Below, one piece after another: positions 1 to 8,649 of a stretch of DNA of 64,000 nucleotides. Source of the DNA: Spirochaetaceae bacterium (GTDB lineage Bacteria > Spirochaetota > Spirochaetia > DSM-2461); NCBI GenBank assembly GCA_051531975.1, contig JAOPTT010000009.1, positions 128,001 to 192,000 on the forward strand, in the 5' to 3' direction. The notes beneath the pieces are model-generated. The model was not told the DNA's origin. It did no database searches and was given only the letters and a program-made list of their open reading frames with translations. Numbering within the stretch: the stretch's first letter is position 1; the number at the start of each line of letters is the position of its first letter. Made by a program: the position numbers and the translations under genes.

Positions 1-1238
1 ATTGGAGGTTTATTAAAAGCTATTAAGAGTGTTATTCCCATTACAGATCCAGGAACAATATATGGAACCATGGATACTGTATCTATGATCTTAGTTAATA
101 TTCCTGGTCGTCTAACAGAGATATAAGCTATTAAAACAGCTAAAAACAGTATGAAAATAAGAGCAACACCGGGAATAATCATTGTATTGGTTATTGCATT
201 CCCAATTCTGCTAAAGGCATTTTTGTAACTCATAAAGGAGTATCCTGAAGCAAACATTGTTCCTTTTGTATTTTTAAAAGATGTATAAAAAATGTATATC
301 TGAGGCATTATAGAAAAACCTACTAATATATATGTATAAGCATGTATTAATACTTTTGTAATTCCCTTTGCTTCAACTGGCCTAATTTTGTTTATTGTTG
401 TCATAGTAAAGGATTTTTTAGATGAAAAATATTTTTGAACTAAAAATATAAGAGTCGTAATTATGATTGCAATTATTGATATTGCTGCAGCAAAACCATC
501 ATCACCACCCATTTCACTTATAAACTCGTTAAATATAGTTACTGGGAAAGTTCTATAACCCTCTCCAATTAACATTGGTGTACCAAAATCTGCTAAAGAA
601 CGCATAAATACAAGTAGTCCACCAGCTAAAAGGGTTGGTATTATCAGAGGAATTACAACAATGAAAAATCGTCTGATTCCAGAACAACCCAGATTTTCAC
701 TGGCCTCTAATAGAGAGTTATCTACATTCTTTAGTGCCCCAGAGATATATAAAAATATCAGTGGATAGAGCTGTAATGTAAGTACTAAAAGTATTCCTGA
801 GAAACCATATATCGTTGGGATCTGAATACCAAGTACATTTTTACAAAAAGCTGTGATTACACCACCACGACCTAATAATAATATCCATGAATAAGCTCCA
901 ATAAATGGTGCAGACATTGAAGATAAAATTATTAAAACTCTAAATAATTTTTTTCCTTTAATATGGTATCTTGTAAAAATGTAAGCTAATGGAGTCGCTA
1001 ATACTACAGTGAATATTGTTACTAATATTGTAACTTTAAAACTATTTAACAGGGTATTTAGGTAGTATGGTTTACTAAAAAACTTAATAAAATAAGCTAG
1101 TGTAAACCTTCCTGTTTCTTTATCCCTTACTGCTTGAATAAGAAGATTAAAAAGTGGGAATAGTAGGAAGATTCCATACCCTATAAGAAGCCCTAGAGTT
1201 ACTATAACCCAGAAATCAAAACGTATTTTAGTTTTCAT
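1..1238 (-). CDS. Fe3+/AfuB-FbpB-type ABC transporter permease (3' end runs off window)
   Basis: Manual translation from ATG at 1238: MKTKIRFDFWVIVTLGLLIGYGIFLLFPLF...; multiple TM segments and EAA loop (SLLEASENLG); directly downstream of the ABC ATPase. Confidence 0.88.
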   Translation of the reverse strand, partial: MKTKIRFDFWVIVTLGLLIGYGIFLLFPLFNLLIQAVRDKETGRFTLAYFIKFFSKPYYLNTLLNSFKVTILVTIFTVVLATPLAYIFTRYHIKGKKLFRVLIILSSMSAPFIGAYSWILLLGRGGVITAFCKNVLGIQIPTIYGFSGILLVLTLQLYPLIFLYISGALKNVDNSLLEASENLGCSGIRRFFIVVIPLIIPTLLAGGLLVFMRSLADFGTPMLIGEGYRTFPVTIFNEFISEMGGDDGFAAAISIIAIIITTLIFLVQKYFSSKKSFTMTTINKIRPVEAKGITKVLIHAYTYILVGFSIMPQIYIFYTSFKNTKGTMFASGYSFMSYKNAFSRIGNAITNTMIIPGVALIFILFLAVLIAYISVRRPGILTKIIDTVSMVPYIVPGSVMGITLLIAFNKPP

Positions 1239-1244
1239 ATGGTT

Positions 1245-2327
1245 CTAGTCCTCTCTTCTTAGGTTTTGCTCTCCATCTTCTGAAAAGATGTTGATTTTTT
1301 TGTCTTTAATTGTAAGACCTACATTCTCTCCTGGGTCAAATGTATTCTCAAAAGATGACTCATGAATTATCTCTACTACCTGTTTATTAAAAGCTAGTTC
1401 CACAATTATATGGGTACTTAATCCAAGGAATATTGAGTCTTTTACAGTTCCCTGAAGTTGTCCTGTGTTCTCTTTGGATATAATAAAATCCTCTGGTCTA
1501 ACAGAAAGTATCACTTTTGAGTCTGATCCTTGTAATATATTTTCTGCTGGGAAGTTAAAATCCCCAAGGTCAATAATTTTTTTATCTGATATATAATTTG
1601 CATCTAAAAAGTTTGTTCTACCAATAAATGTAGCTACAAATATATTTCGAGGTCTATGGTAAATATCTTGTGGTGTTCCTACATGTTGTATTATTCCATC
1701 TTTCATAACAGCTATCCGGTCAGAAATTGCCATAGCCTCTTCTTGGTCATGGGTTACATATACAGTTGTAATCCCAACCTCTTTTTGCACATCCCTTATA
1801 ACCTGACGCATCTCTAGTCTTAACTTTGCATCTAAATTCGATAGTGGTTCATCCATTAATAGAACATCTGGTTTAATAACCAGAGCTCTAGCTAGTGCAA
1901 CCCTCTGTTGTTGCCCACCTGATAACTGCTCAGGCATTCTGTCTCTGTAGTCATATATTTGCATAAGTTTTAAAAATTTATCTGTTTCTTCTTTAACAAC
2001 CGCTTTCGTTAACTTTCTGTTTTTAAGACCAAACTCAACATTTTGCCTAACAGATAGGTGAGGGAATATTGCGTAATTCTGAAATACCATACCGATATTT
2101 CTCTTACTTACTTCCACATCATTAATTAACTTTTCGTTAAAACTGAATTCTCCACCTTCTATTGTATTAAAGCCTGCTATCATTCTTAAAAGAGTTGTTT
2201 TTCCGCAGCCTGATGGGCCTAAAAGAGTAAACAACTCTTTCTTTTTAATATCAACAGAAAGATCCGGTATAATTGTTAGATCCCCATATTTTTTCATTGC
2301 TTCTTTTATTGTTATGTTAACGCTCAA
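1245..2327 (-). CDS. ABC transporter ATP-binding protein (FbpC/AfuC/PotA family)
   Basis: Walker A GPSGCGKT, signature LSGGQQQR, Walker B LLMDEP, H-loop VTHDQEEA, C-terminal TOBE-like region. Confidence 0.93.
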   Translation of the reverse strand: MSVNITIKEAMKKYGDLTIIPDLSVDIKKKELFTLLGPSGCGKTTLLRMIAGFNTIEGGEFSFNEKLINDVEVSKRNIGMVFQNYAIFPHLSVRQNVEFGLKNRKLTKAVVKEETDKFLKLMQIYDYRDRMPEQLSGGQQQRVALARALVIKPDVLLMDEPLSNLDAKLRLEMRQVIRDVQKEVGITTVYVTHDQEEAMAISDRIAVMKDGIIQHVGTPQDIYHRPRNIFVATFIGRTNFLDANYISDKKIIDLGDFNFPAENILQGSDSKVILSVRPEDFIISKENTGQLQGTVKDSIFLGLSTHIIVELAFNKQVVEIIHESSFENTFDPGENVGLTIKDKKINIFSEDGEQNLRRED

Positions 2328-2350
2328 TTATCCGTACCTTCCTACTGTTT

Positions 2351-3391
2351 TTATTTTAGATCTACAAAAATATCTTTAAAGTGATCTTGTAATGCACCTT
2401 TGTTTTTGTAAACATACTCCATATCCTCTTTAATAAGTTTGATTTGTGATATATTTGTCATAAAATCTGGTGTTGCTACATTAGACATAACAGGTCTGTT
2501 TGTTAATGTCGTTCCGTAGGTATTTTGTATATCTGCTGAAGTTATAAAGTCTATAAATAGTTTTGCATTTTCTAAGTTTTCTGCACCACTAATAATTCCT
2601 GCACCAGCTGGTAAATATACAACACCTTCTTCCATATATATTACTTCTACATCTGCACCATCTCGGACTAAGGTTACACTAGGATCTTCGTATGATAGAC
2701 CAACAGCATATTCACCATCTCTAACACCTTTCCAAACGGAACTAGAACTTCCTATTACAACTGTATTAGAAAATAGATCTTTAACAAAGTCCCACGCCTC
2801 AGCACTTTCATAGTCACCTTTACCAACTGCATTTAAGATATTTGTTAAATGAGCATAAGCACTTGAAGAAGCTGTTGGATTAGCTGATACAATTTTGCCT
2901 TTTAAATCTGGGTTTAATAGATCTTTATAACCTTTAATTCCTAAATCTCCAGCTAAAGTTTTATTAACTAAGATAACACTACCATCTAATACATATGGAG
3001 TAATAAATCCTGTTGTATTTCTATATAAGTCTATTAGATTTGAATCGTTTTTAGATTTATAATCTTGGAATAGATCTTTATTAACCATATATGTCGCAAA
3101 TGCTCCACCAAACGCTACATCTGCATAAGGTGCATTTTTTTCACCTTGTAATCGCTTAAATAGTTCTCCAGTTCCTGCTGAAATAATTTCAACCTTTACT
3201 CCATACTTCTCTTCAAATGGTATTATAGTTGAATTAAGTAATCCATCACTATTTGGTGAATAAACTACTAACTTATCACTTTTAACAACCTCTACAGGTT
3301 TCTCTGCAGCCATAGGTTCAGCTTTCTTTTGACATGAAACTATTGTTAGTATTAACGCAAAACCAACAATAACTTTTAATAATTTCGTCAT
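2351..3391 (-). CDS. ABC transporter substrate-binding lipoprotein (FbpA/AfuA-like)
   Basis: Start taken at ATG 3391 after AGGAG; lipoprotein signal (LTIVSC); motifs LVVYSPN, AGTGEL, AKLFIDFI. Confidence 0.88.
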   Translation of the reverse strand: MTKLLKVIVGFALILTIVSCQKKAEPMAAEKPVEVVKSDKLVVYSPNSDGLLNSTIIPFEEKYGVKVEIISAGTGELFKRLQGEKNAPYADVAFGGAFATYMVNKDLFQDYKSKNDSNLIDLYRNTTGFITPYVLDGSVILVNKTLAGDLGIKGYKDLLNPDLKGKIVSANPTASSSAYAHLTNILNAVGKGDYESAEAWDFVKDLFSNTVVIGSSSSVWKGVRDGEYAVGLSYEDPSVTLVRDGADVEVIYMEEGVVYLPAGAGIISGAENLENAKLFIDFITSADIQNTYGTTLTNRPVMSNVATPDFMTNISQIKLIKEDMEYVYKNKGALQDHFKDIFVDLK

Positions 3392-3522
3392 ATTGTTCTC
3401 CTTTTTGTTATATGTACGTATTATATAAGTATATTGCAACGAGAAGCAAAATCAATTATTTTTCATAGAATGATAAAAAAAATGGTGTTTTTTAATTCTG
3501 TATGAGCATATATAATTAATAT

Positions 3523-4014
3523 ATGAAGTTGAAATTATTTAAACAAACAGATATACAGGAATTCTTAGGGTTAATTTCAAATATAGATGAGAAATTTCTA
3601 TTACAGTTTGCTGGTCCAAGATATAGTTTTCCACTTGATGAAACACAATTAAAAGATTCATTAAATGACCCCACTTATATTCTTTTTAAAGCTATTAATG
3701 AAGACGACAAAATGGTTGGACATTGCCAATTAATGAGAATTGATTTAATTAATAAAACCGCCTCTATTGGTCGTGTATTTGTAGCGAATAAAAAACAAGG
3801 TCTTGGATATGGGACTAAAATGCTAAAATTACTTTTAGATTATGCAAAAAATGAACTAGATTTAGAACGTTTATCTTTAAGGGTTTTTGACTTTAATGTA
3901 TGGGCGATAAAATGTTACATAAAATTGGGTTTTATAGAGGTTAATGCCGAGACCTTTGAAGCCATTAAATTTAATGAAAAATGGGAATGCATAACAATGA
4001 ATTATAATTTATGA
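3523..4014 (+). CDS. GNAT family N-acetyltransferase (RimJ/RimL-like)
   Basis: Acetyl-CoA motif QGLGYG; LRVFDFNVWAIKCYIKLGF. Confidence 0.85.
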   Translation: MKLKLFKQTDIQEFLGLISNIDEKFLLQFAGPRYSFPLDETQLKDSLNDPTYILFKAINEDDKMVGHCQLMRIDLINKTASIGRVFVANKKQGLGYGTKMLKLLLDYAKNELDLERLSLRVFDFNVWAIKCYIKLGFIEVNAETFEAIKFNEKWECITMNYNL

Positions 4015-4020
4015 TTAACC

Positions 4021-6261
4021 ATGTATAAAAAACTTAAAGATTTAAGAAAAGAAGATTATATAGTCTATGGTGTAAAAGCAGCAAACCTAGGGGAGATGAT
4101 ATTTCATGGATTACCAGTTCCTAATGGATATGTTTTAAATATTGATAATTTATTTGACAGTTCTACTCAAAAAATATTACAAGAAATATTCAAAAACTTA
4201 ATAACTGAATCTAACCCAGAACTTGCTGTTCGTTCTTCTTCATTATGTGAGGATTCCAAAGAACTAAGTATGGCTGGAGTTTTTGACTCTATTGTTGGAA
4301 TTAAAACTTTTACTGAAATGTTAAATGCTATAGAACAATGTATTCAATCCCTTTTTTCTGATAAAGCAAAATCCCTATATCTTGAGCATAATATTTCTGA
4401 AGATAGACTTAAAATGCCAATAATAATTCAATCTTTTAAAAGAGGTAGACCCTCTGGTGTTCTTTTTACAATCGATCCAGTAAAAATGGATAGTTCAAGT
4501 ATAATCATTTCTGGTGTAAATAGTATTTGTCAGGACTTTGTAAATGGTAATATGGAAACGTTTAGAGACAAGATTATTAGAGAAGATTATAAGAATAGCA
4601 AACATTCTGAATTAATAGAGAAGTCCTTAGAAATAGAAGAGTTATTTGAATGTCCTCAGGATATAGAGTGGACTAAAACTGATGATGAATTATGGATGCT
4701 ACAAGCTAGACCAATAACAAACCTTAAAATTGCCCCACCAGAACTTATTTATAATAATGAAGGTGATGAAAAATATACATGGAATCTCTGTTTAGAGGGG
4801 ATAAAACCATTAAACCAAGAGATTGCAATATTGTCTAATGCTGCCTATTCAAAGGGCTGTGAAGTATCTGGTCTATCATTTTTTTACGAAGATATAATGT
4901 TTTATGGAAATGCTAAATATCTTAGGAAAAAAAAACTTAAAAATGCTACTGGGTTAATGGATGCCTTTAAAGAAAACTTAAATAGATTAAAAGATGATGG
5001 TCAAAATATTTTTACAGATATTGTATTACCTAATTTATTAGAAAAGAAAAAAATAGTAGACACTTATGTAGATAAAGATTTAACGGCTACAGAGATTATA
5101 GAATTTTTAGAACTAGGTTTAGAATATAGGTTAGAAGCTGAAAGTTACCATTGGCAGGTAGTCTTTGGTGCTGCTGATGAAGGGGTTCTAAAAGAGTTTA
5201 AAGATACATATTCCCTATCAACCCTTGAGGCTGTTGAGCTGATATCTTCTGAAACTTTATTAGGTGAACAAAGACGTCTATTTCAGAATATTGCTGATAC
5301 AGTCATTCAGAGCCCAGAATTAACAAATTTGTTTAACAGTTGTAAATATAATAATTTATTATTGGAAAAGATTAAGAATTCAACACTAGCAAAAGAATTA
5401 CTGAGTCAAATTAAAGCTCAAATTAAAAAATATGGTTTAAATGTTTTAACTTGGGACTCATTTCAGATATTAGAAGAGAGACCAGAGAAGCTAATTGAGT
5501 TTTTAAGGTATCATGTAGGTTTAGCACAAAAAGGAAATGATCAAGTTTCTACTACTCTGGACTCTAGGAAAATAGAAAATAGAGTTTTAGATTCTTTAAA
5601 TGAAACAAAAAAGTTGATTTATCATAATGAAGTGAAATATCTAAAAAAGGCGTATTTAGTTCGAGATGACCACGCTTTTTATATCGATATTGGTGCTCCA
5701 GGATATTTAAGGAAAGCTATAATTACAGCTGGGGAACATCTTGTTTCAAAAGGTCTATTAGAAGTGTACTCCGACATTGAGTTTTATAGTCTTTTAGAGA
5801 TTAAAGAACTATTAATTGGTAATATAGATACATCGGATTTAAACGAACGAAAGAGCGTTTGGAAGTATAATTATAACCTTCCAAAACATATCGGTTTAAA
5901 ACCAAAAGTCAATGATTTTAAACCTAGCTCTAATGATGTTATAGCTAGTACTCAAATCTCTGGGCTTTCTGGTTTTGTTGGCAAAGTCAGTGGGAAAGTA
6001 GTAAAGGGTTCTGAAATTGATAAGGCCGAGGGAACTAATCTAATATTAATTTTAGGTGATATTCGCCAAATGGATCCTGAGCCTTACATTGGGAAGATTG
6101 CTGGAATAATCTTTGAAAATGGTTCTCCATTAGAGCATGTTGGGATATGGGCCAGAGAAAAAAACCTACCTACTATTTTTAGTGTTATAGGAGCTAATAA
6201 AATTATTTCTGGTAATACAGTCATGATTGATGGAGATAAGGAGTGTGTAGAAATACTATGA
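4021..6261 (+). CDS. PEP-synthase/rifampin phosphotransferase-like protein (ATP-grasp + central helical domain + phospho-His swivel domain)
   Basis: N-terminal GVKAANLGE, LAVRSS..ED...SMAG, SGVLFT.DP, PQDIEW, LQARPIT; C-terminal SPLEHVGIWARE. Confidence 0.8.
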   Translation: MYKKLKDLRKEDYIVYGVKAANLGEMIFHGLPVPNGYVLNIDNLFDSSTQKILQEIFKNLITESNPELAVRSSSLCEDSKELSMAGVFDSIVGIKTFTEMLNAIEQCIQSLFSDKAKSLYLEHNISEDRLKMPIIIQSFKRGRPSGVLFTIDPVKMDSSSIIISGVNSICQDFVNGNMETFRDKIIREDYKNSKHSELIEKSLEIEELFECPQDIEWTKTDDELWMLQARPITNLKIAPPELIYNNEGDEKYTWNLCLEGIKPLNQEIAILSNAAYSKGCEVSGLSFFYEDIMFYGNAKYLRKKKLKNATGLMDAFKENLNRLKDDGQNIFTDIVLPNLLEKKKIVDTYVDKDLTATEIIEFLELGLEYRLEAESYHWQVVFGAADEGVLKEFKDTYSLSTLEAVELISSETLLGEQRRLFQNIADTVIQSPELTNLFNSCKYNNLLLEKIKNSTLAKELLSQIKAQIKKYGLNVLTWDSFQILEERPEKLIEFLRYHVGLAQKGNDQVSTTLDSRKIENRVLDSLNETKKLIYHNEVKYLKKAYLVRDDHAFYIDIGAPGYLRKAIITAGEHLVSKGLLEVYSDIEFYSLLEIKELLIGNIDTSDLNERKSVWKYNYNLPKHIGLKPKVNDFKPSSNDVIASTQISGLSGFVGKVSGKVVKGSEIDKAEGTNLILILGDIRQMDPEPYIGKIAGIIFENGSPLEHVGIWAREKNLPTIFSVIGANKIISGNTVMIDGDKECVEIL

Positions 6262-6638
6262 ATAAAAACATTTTTTATATTGGAGAGGTTGGGGAATTAA
6301 CTGGTGCCTCTTCAAAAGCAATTAGAATGTACGAAGAAATGACAATTATCCCAATTCCAAATAGAAATAAGAGTGGGTATAGAGTTTATACATTGGGGCT
6401 AATAGAGAGAATTAAAGTAATTAAAACTGCACAGAATCTTGGATTTAAACTTTCTGAGATCAAAAGTATTTTACATGATTCAACTCTTGTCTGCACCACA
6501 ACTCCTTGGGATAACATCATAATGTTAATACAAGATAAAATAATAAATAATAACTCAAAAATTGAAAATTTAAAGAAAGAAAATATTGGCTTAAATGAGT
6601 TTTGCATAGAAATAAAGAATCATCATATGCTCACTTGA
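6258..6638 (+). CDS. MerR family transcriptional regulator
   Basis: YIGEVGELTGASSKAIRMYEE..PNRNKSGYRVY..AQNLGFKLSEI; ATG 6258 overlaps upstream TGA (ATGA). Confidence 0.9.
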   Translation: MNKNIFYIGEVGELTGASSKAIRMYEEMTIIPIPNRNKSGYRVYTLGLIERIKVIKTAQNLGFKLSEIKSILHDSTLVCTTTPWDNIIMLIQDKIINNNSKIENLKKENIGLNEFCIEIKNHHMLT

Positions 6639-6666
6639 CCTTACCCCATAGGGCAAGCTTTATATT
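6635..6666 (+). promoter_or_regulatory. MerR-type promoter/operator (long spacer with dyad)
   Basis: TTGACC (6635-40), 19-20 bp spacer, TATATT (6661-66); dyad CTTACCC-CATA-GGGCAAG inside the spacer, as in CueR/ZntR-class promoters. Confidence 0.8.
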
Positions 6667-6685
6667 TAGGTATAAAGGAGAAAAT

Positions 6686-7678
6686 ATGATCAAGAATTAT
6701 ATGAATGCTATTATTCTTAAAGGTTTTGGTGGTGCTGATCTCATGAAAATCGAAACTATTAAAACCCCCACGCCTAATAAAAACCAGGTACTCATTAAAA
6801 TATATTCAACATCTATAAACCCCCTAGATATATTAAGACGAGAGGGGCGGTTATCATTTTTTACTGGAAAAAAATTTCCAATAATCCTTGGTAATGATGT
6901 TTCTGGGGAAGTGGTTTCATTAGGTTCTGATGTGAAAAAGTTTTCTCTAGGGGATAAAGTCTATGGAATGATAGATGTGAATAATACTTTATCTAAAACG
7001 GGTTTTTCAAAAAGTGGTTCATATGCTGAATATTGCGTAACAAGAGAGGATACTATAGCGTTAATCCCTTCTAATTTAGATGTAATAGAAGCAGGAGTTA
7101 TTCCTTTGGCTGGATTAACAGCATATCAAGGATTAGTAAATGAAGCGAAAGTTGTTAAAGGGCAAAATATCTTAATAAATGGAGCATCAGGAGGTGTCGG
7201 AATAATGGCAGTTCAACTAGCATTAAAATTTGGTTTAAATGTAACAACTGTTTCATCTAAGAAGAATATGAATATCTTAAGTAAACTAGGTGTTTGTAGA
7301 ACATTAGACTACAATTGTGATGATTTTACTAACATAGATACAAAATATGATATAATTTATGATGTTAAATCTAATAGCTCATACAAAAAATGCAAACATA
7401 TATTAACGATCACAGGGATATATTTATCTAATGTTGCAACGATTTCAACAGTACTAGGGCGGAGATTTTTACCTATAAAAAAGTTGTTTGGTTATCAGAA
7501 AAGAAATAGTCATGTTTGGGTTCTCCCAAGTGCTGATGATTTAGAAGTTTTAGGAGAATTAGTTAAGCCAATTATAGATAAAAAGATTTTGATAAAAGAT
7601 ATTGGATTTGCACATAAATATTTTCAGAACAATAGCGTTATGGGTAAGGTTCTATTACTCTCCATATATCATAAGTAA
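6686..7678 (+). CDS. NADP-dependent oxidoreductase (MDR/quinone oxidoreductase family)
   Basis: ATG 6686 after AAGGAG; SINPLD, ILGNDVSG, GSYAEY, LTAYQGL, INGASGGVG. Confidence 0.88.
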   Translation: MIKNYMNAIILKGFGGADLMKIETIKTPTPNKNQVLIKIYSTSINPLDILRREGRLSFFTGKKFPIILGNDVSGEVVSLGSDVKKFSLGDKVYGMIDVNNTLSKTGFSKSGSYAEYCVTREDTIALIPSNLDVIEAGVIPLAGLTAYQGLVNEAKVVKGQNILINGASGGVGIMAVQLALKFGLNVTTVSSKKNMNILSKLGVCRTLDYNCDDFTNIDTKYDIIYDVKSNSSYKKCKHILTITGIYLSNVATISTVLGRRFLPIKKLFGYQKRNSHVWVLPSADDLEVLGELVKPIIDKKILIKDIGFAHKYFQNNSVMGKVLLLSIYHK

Positions 7679-7699
7679 TAATTCTGTTAATATATATTT

Positions 7700-8569
7700 A
7701 TGGGTATATTAACGCTTAAAAACGATTCACTTTTTGTCGAAATCTTAGCTCCAGGAACAGAGTATTGTAGATCTCGTTTTGATTGGACTGGTATTGTAAA
7801 ACAGGTATCGATAGGTAATACAACCTTTTTGGGAACAGAGGCAGATAACATTGGTTATGCAGGAACTGAGGGTATCGGTTTGTCCACAGAGTTTGGAATA
7901 TCAACACCTATAGGATATTGGAAGACAGTACCAGGTCATAACTTTATGAAAATAGGTATTGGTGCACTTAAAAGGAAATCAATTTTTCCATACTCTTTTT
8001 TTAAAGACTATCCAATTTCTACATTTAATACTGATATTAAAACTTATGAAAACAAAATTGAATTTATTCAAAATGGGTGTGAAGTAGGATCTTATAAATA
8101 TGATTATACAAAAACAGTTAGTATAAAGGGTTTTAATCTAAAAATTAATTATAAACTTAAAAATATCGGAAAATCTACAATAAAGACAGAGGAATATTGC
8201 CATAACTTTTTACGCCTTGGTGACTCTGATGTAACAGACCAGTTTGTAGTAGATACTAATCATGAAATAAGAACCACTAAACTAGTTGGTGATTTAGATA
8301 TTAAGACTAATCAGATTCTTTTTCCAAGTAGTCCGTTGGATACTTTTTATTCCTGTAGTAATTTTAAAGATGAACCAAGAAATTTTTACTGGGAAATTAC
8401 AAATAAAGAAAATGGAACAAGGGTTAAATGCACTGAAAATATTCCAGTTAGTAAGTTTGCATTATGGGGGATGAAACATGTTATATCTCCAGAAAGCTTC
8501 TACTCTTTTACTTTAAAACCAAACCAGGAATTAACATGGAGTCGTAATTATGAATTTTGTAAGAGTTAA
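7700..8569 (+). CDS. Hypothetical protein, probable galactose mutarotase-like beta-sandwich
   Basis: 289-aa ORF; RFDWTG, YKLKNIG...YCHNF, SPESF pattern typical of aldose-epimerase-like folds. Confidence 0.55.
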   Translation: MGILTLKNDSLFVEILAPGTEYCRSRFDWTGIVKQVSIGNTTFLGTEADNIGYAGTEGIGLSTEFGISTPIGYWKTVPGHNFMKIGIGALKRKSIFPYSFFKDYPISTFNTDIKTYENKIEFIQNGCEVGSYKYDYTKTVSIKGFNLKINYKLKNIGKSTIKTEEYCHNFLRLGDSDVTDQFVVDTNHEIRTTKLVGDLDIKTNQILFPSSPLDTFYSCSNFKDEPRNFYWEITNKENGTRVKCTENIPVSKFALWGMKHVISPESFYSFTLKPNQELTWSRNYEFCKS

Positions 8570-8649
8570 TTAAGTAAAATAGATGATTTATACACTGTTT
8601 TCTTTAATACTTTTGCAAAATCTTTAATTTTATATTTTAATTAGATAAT

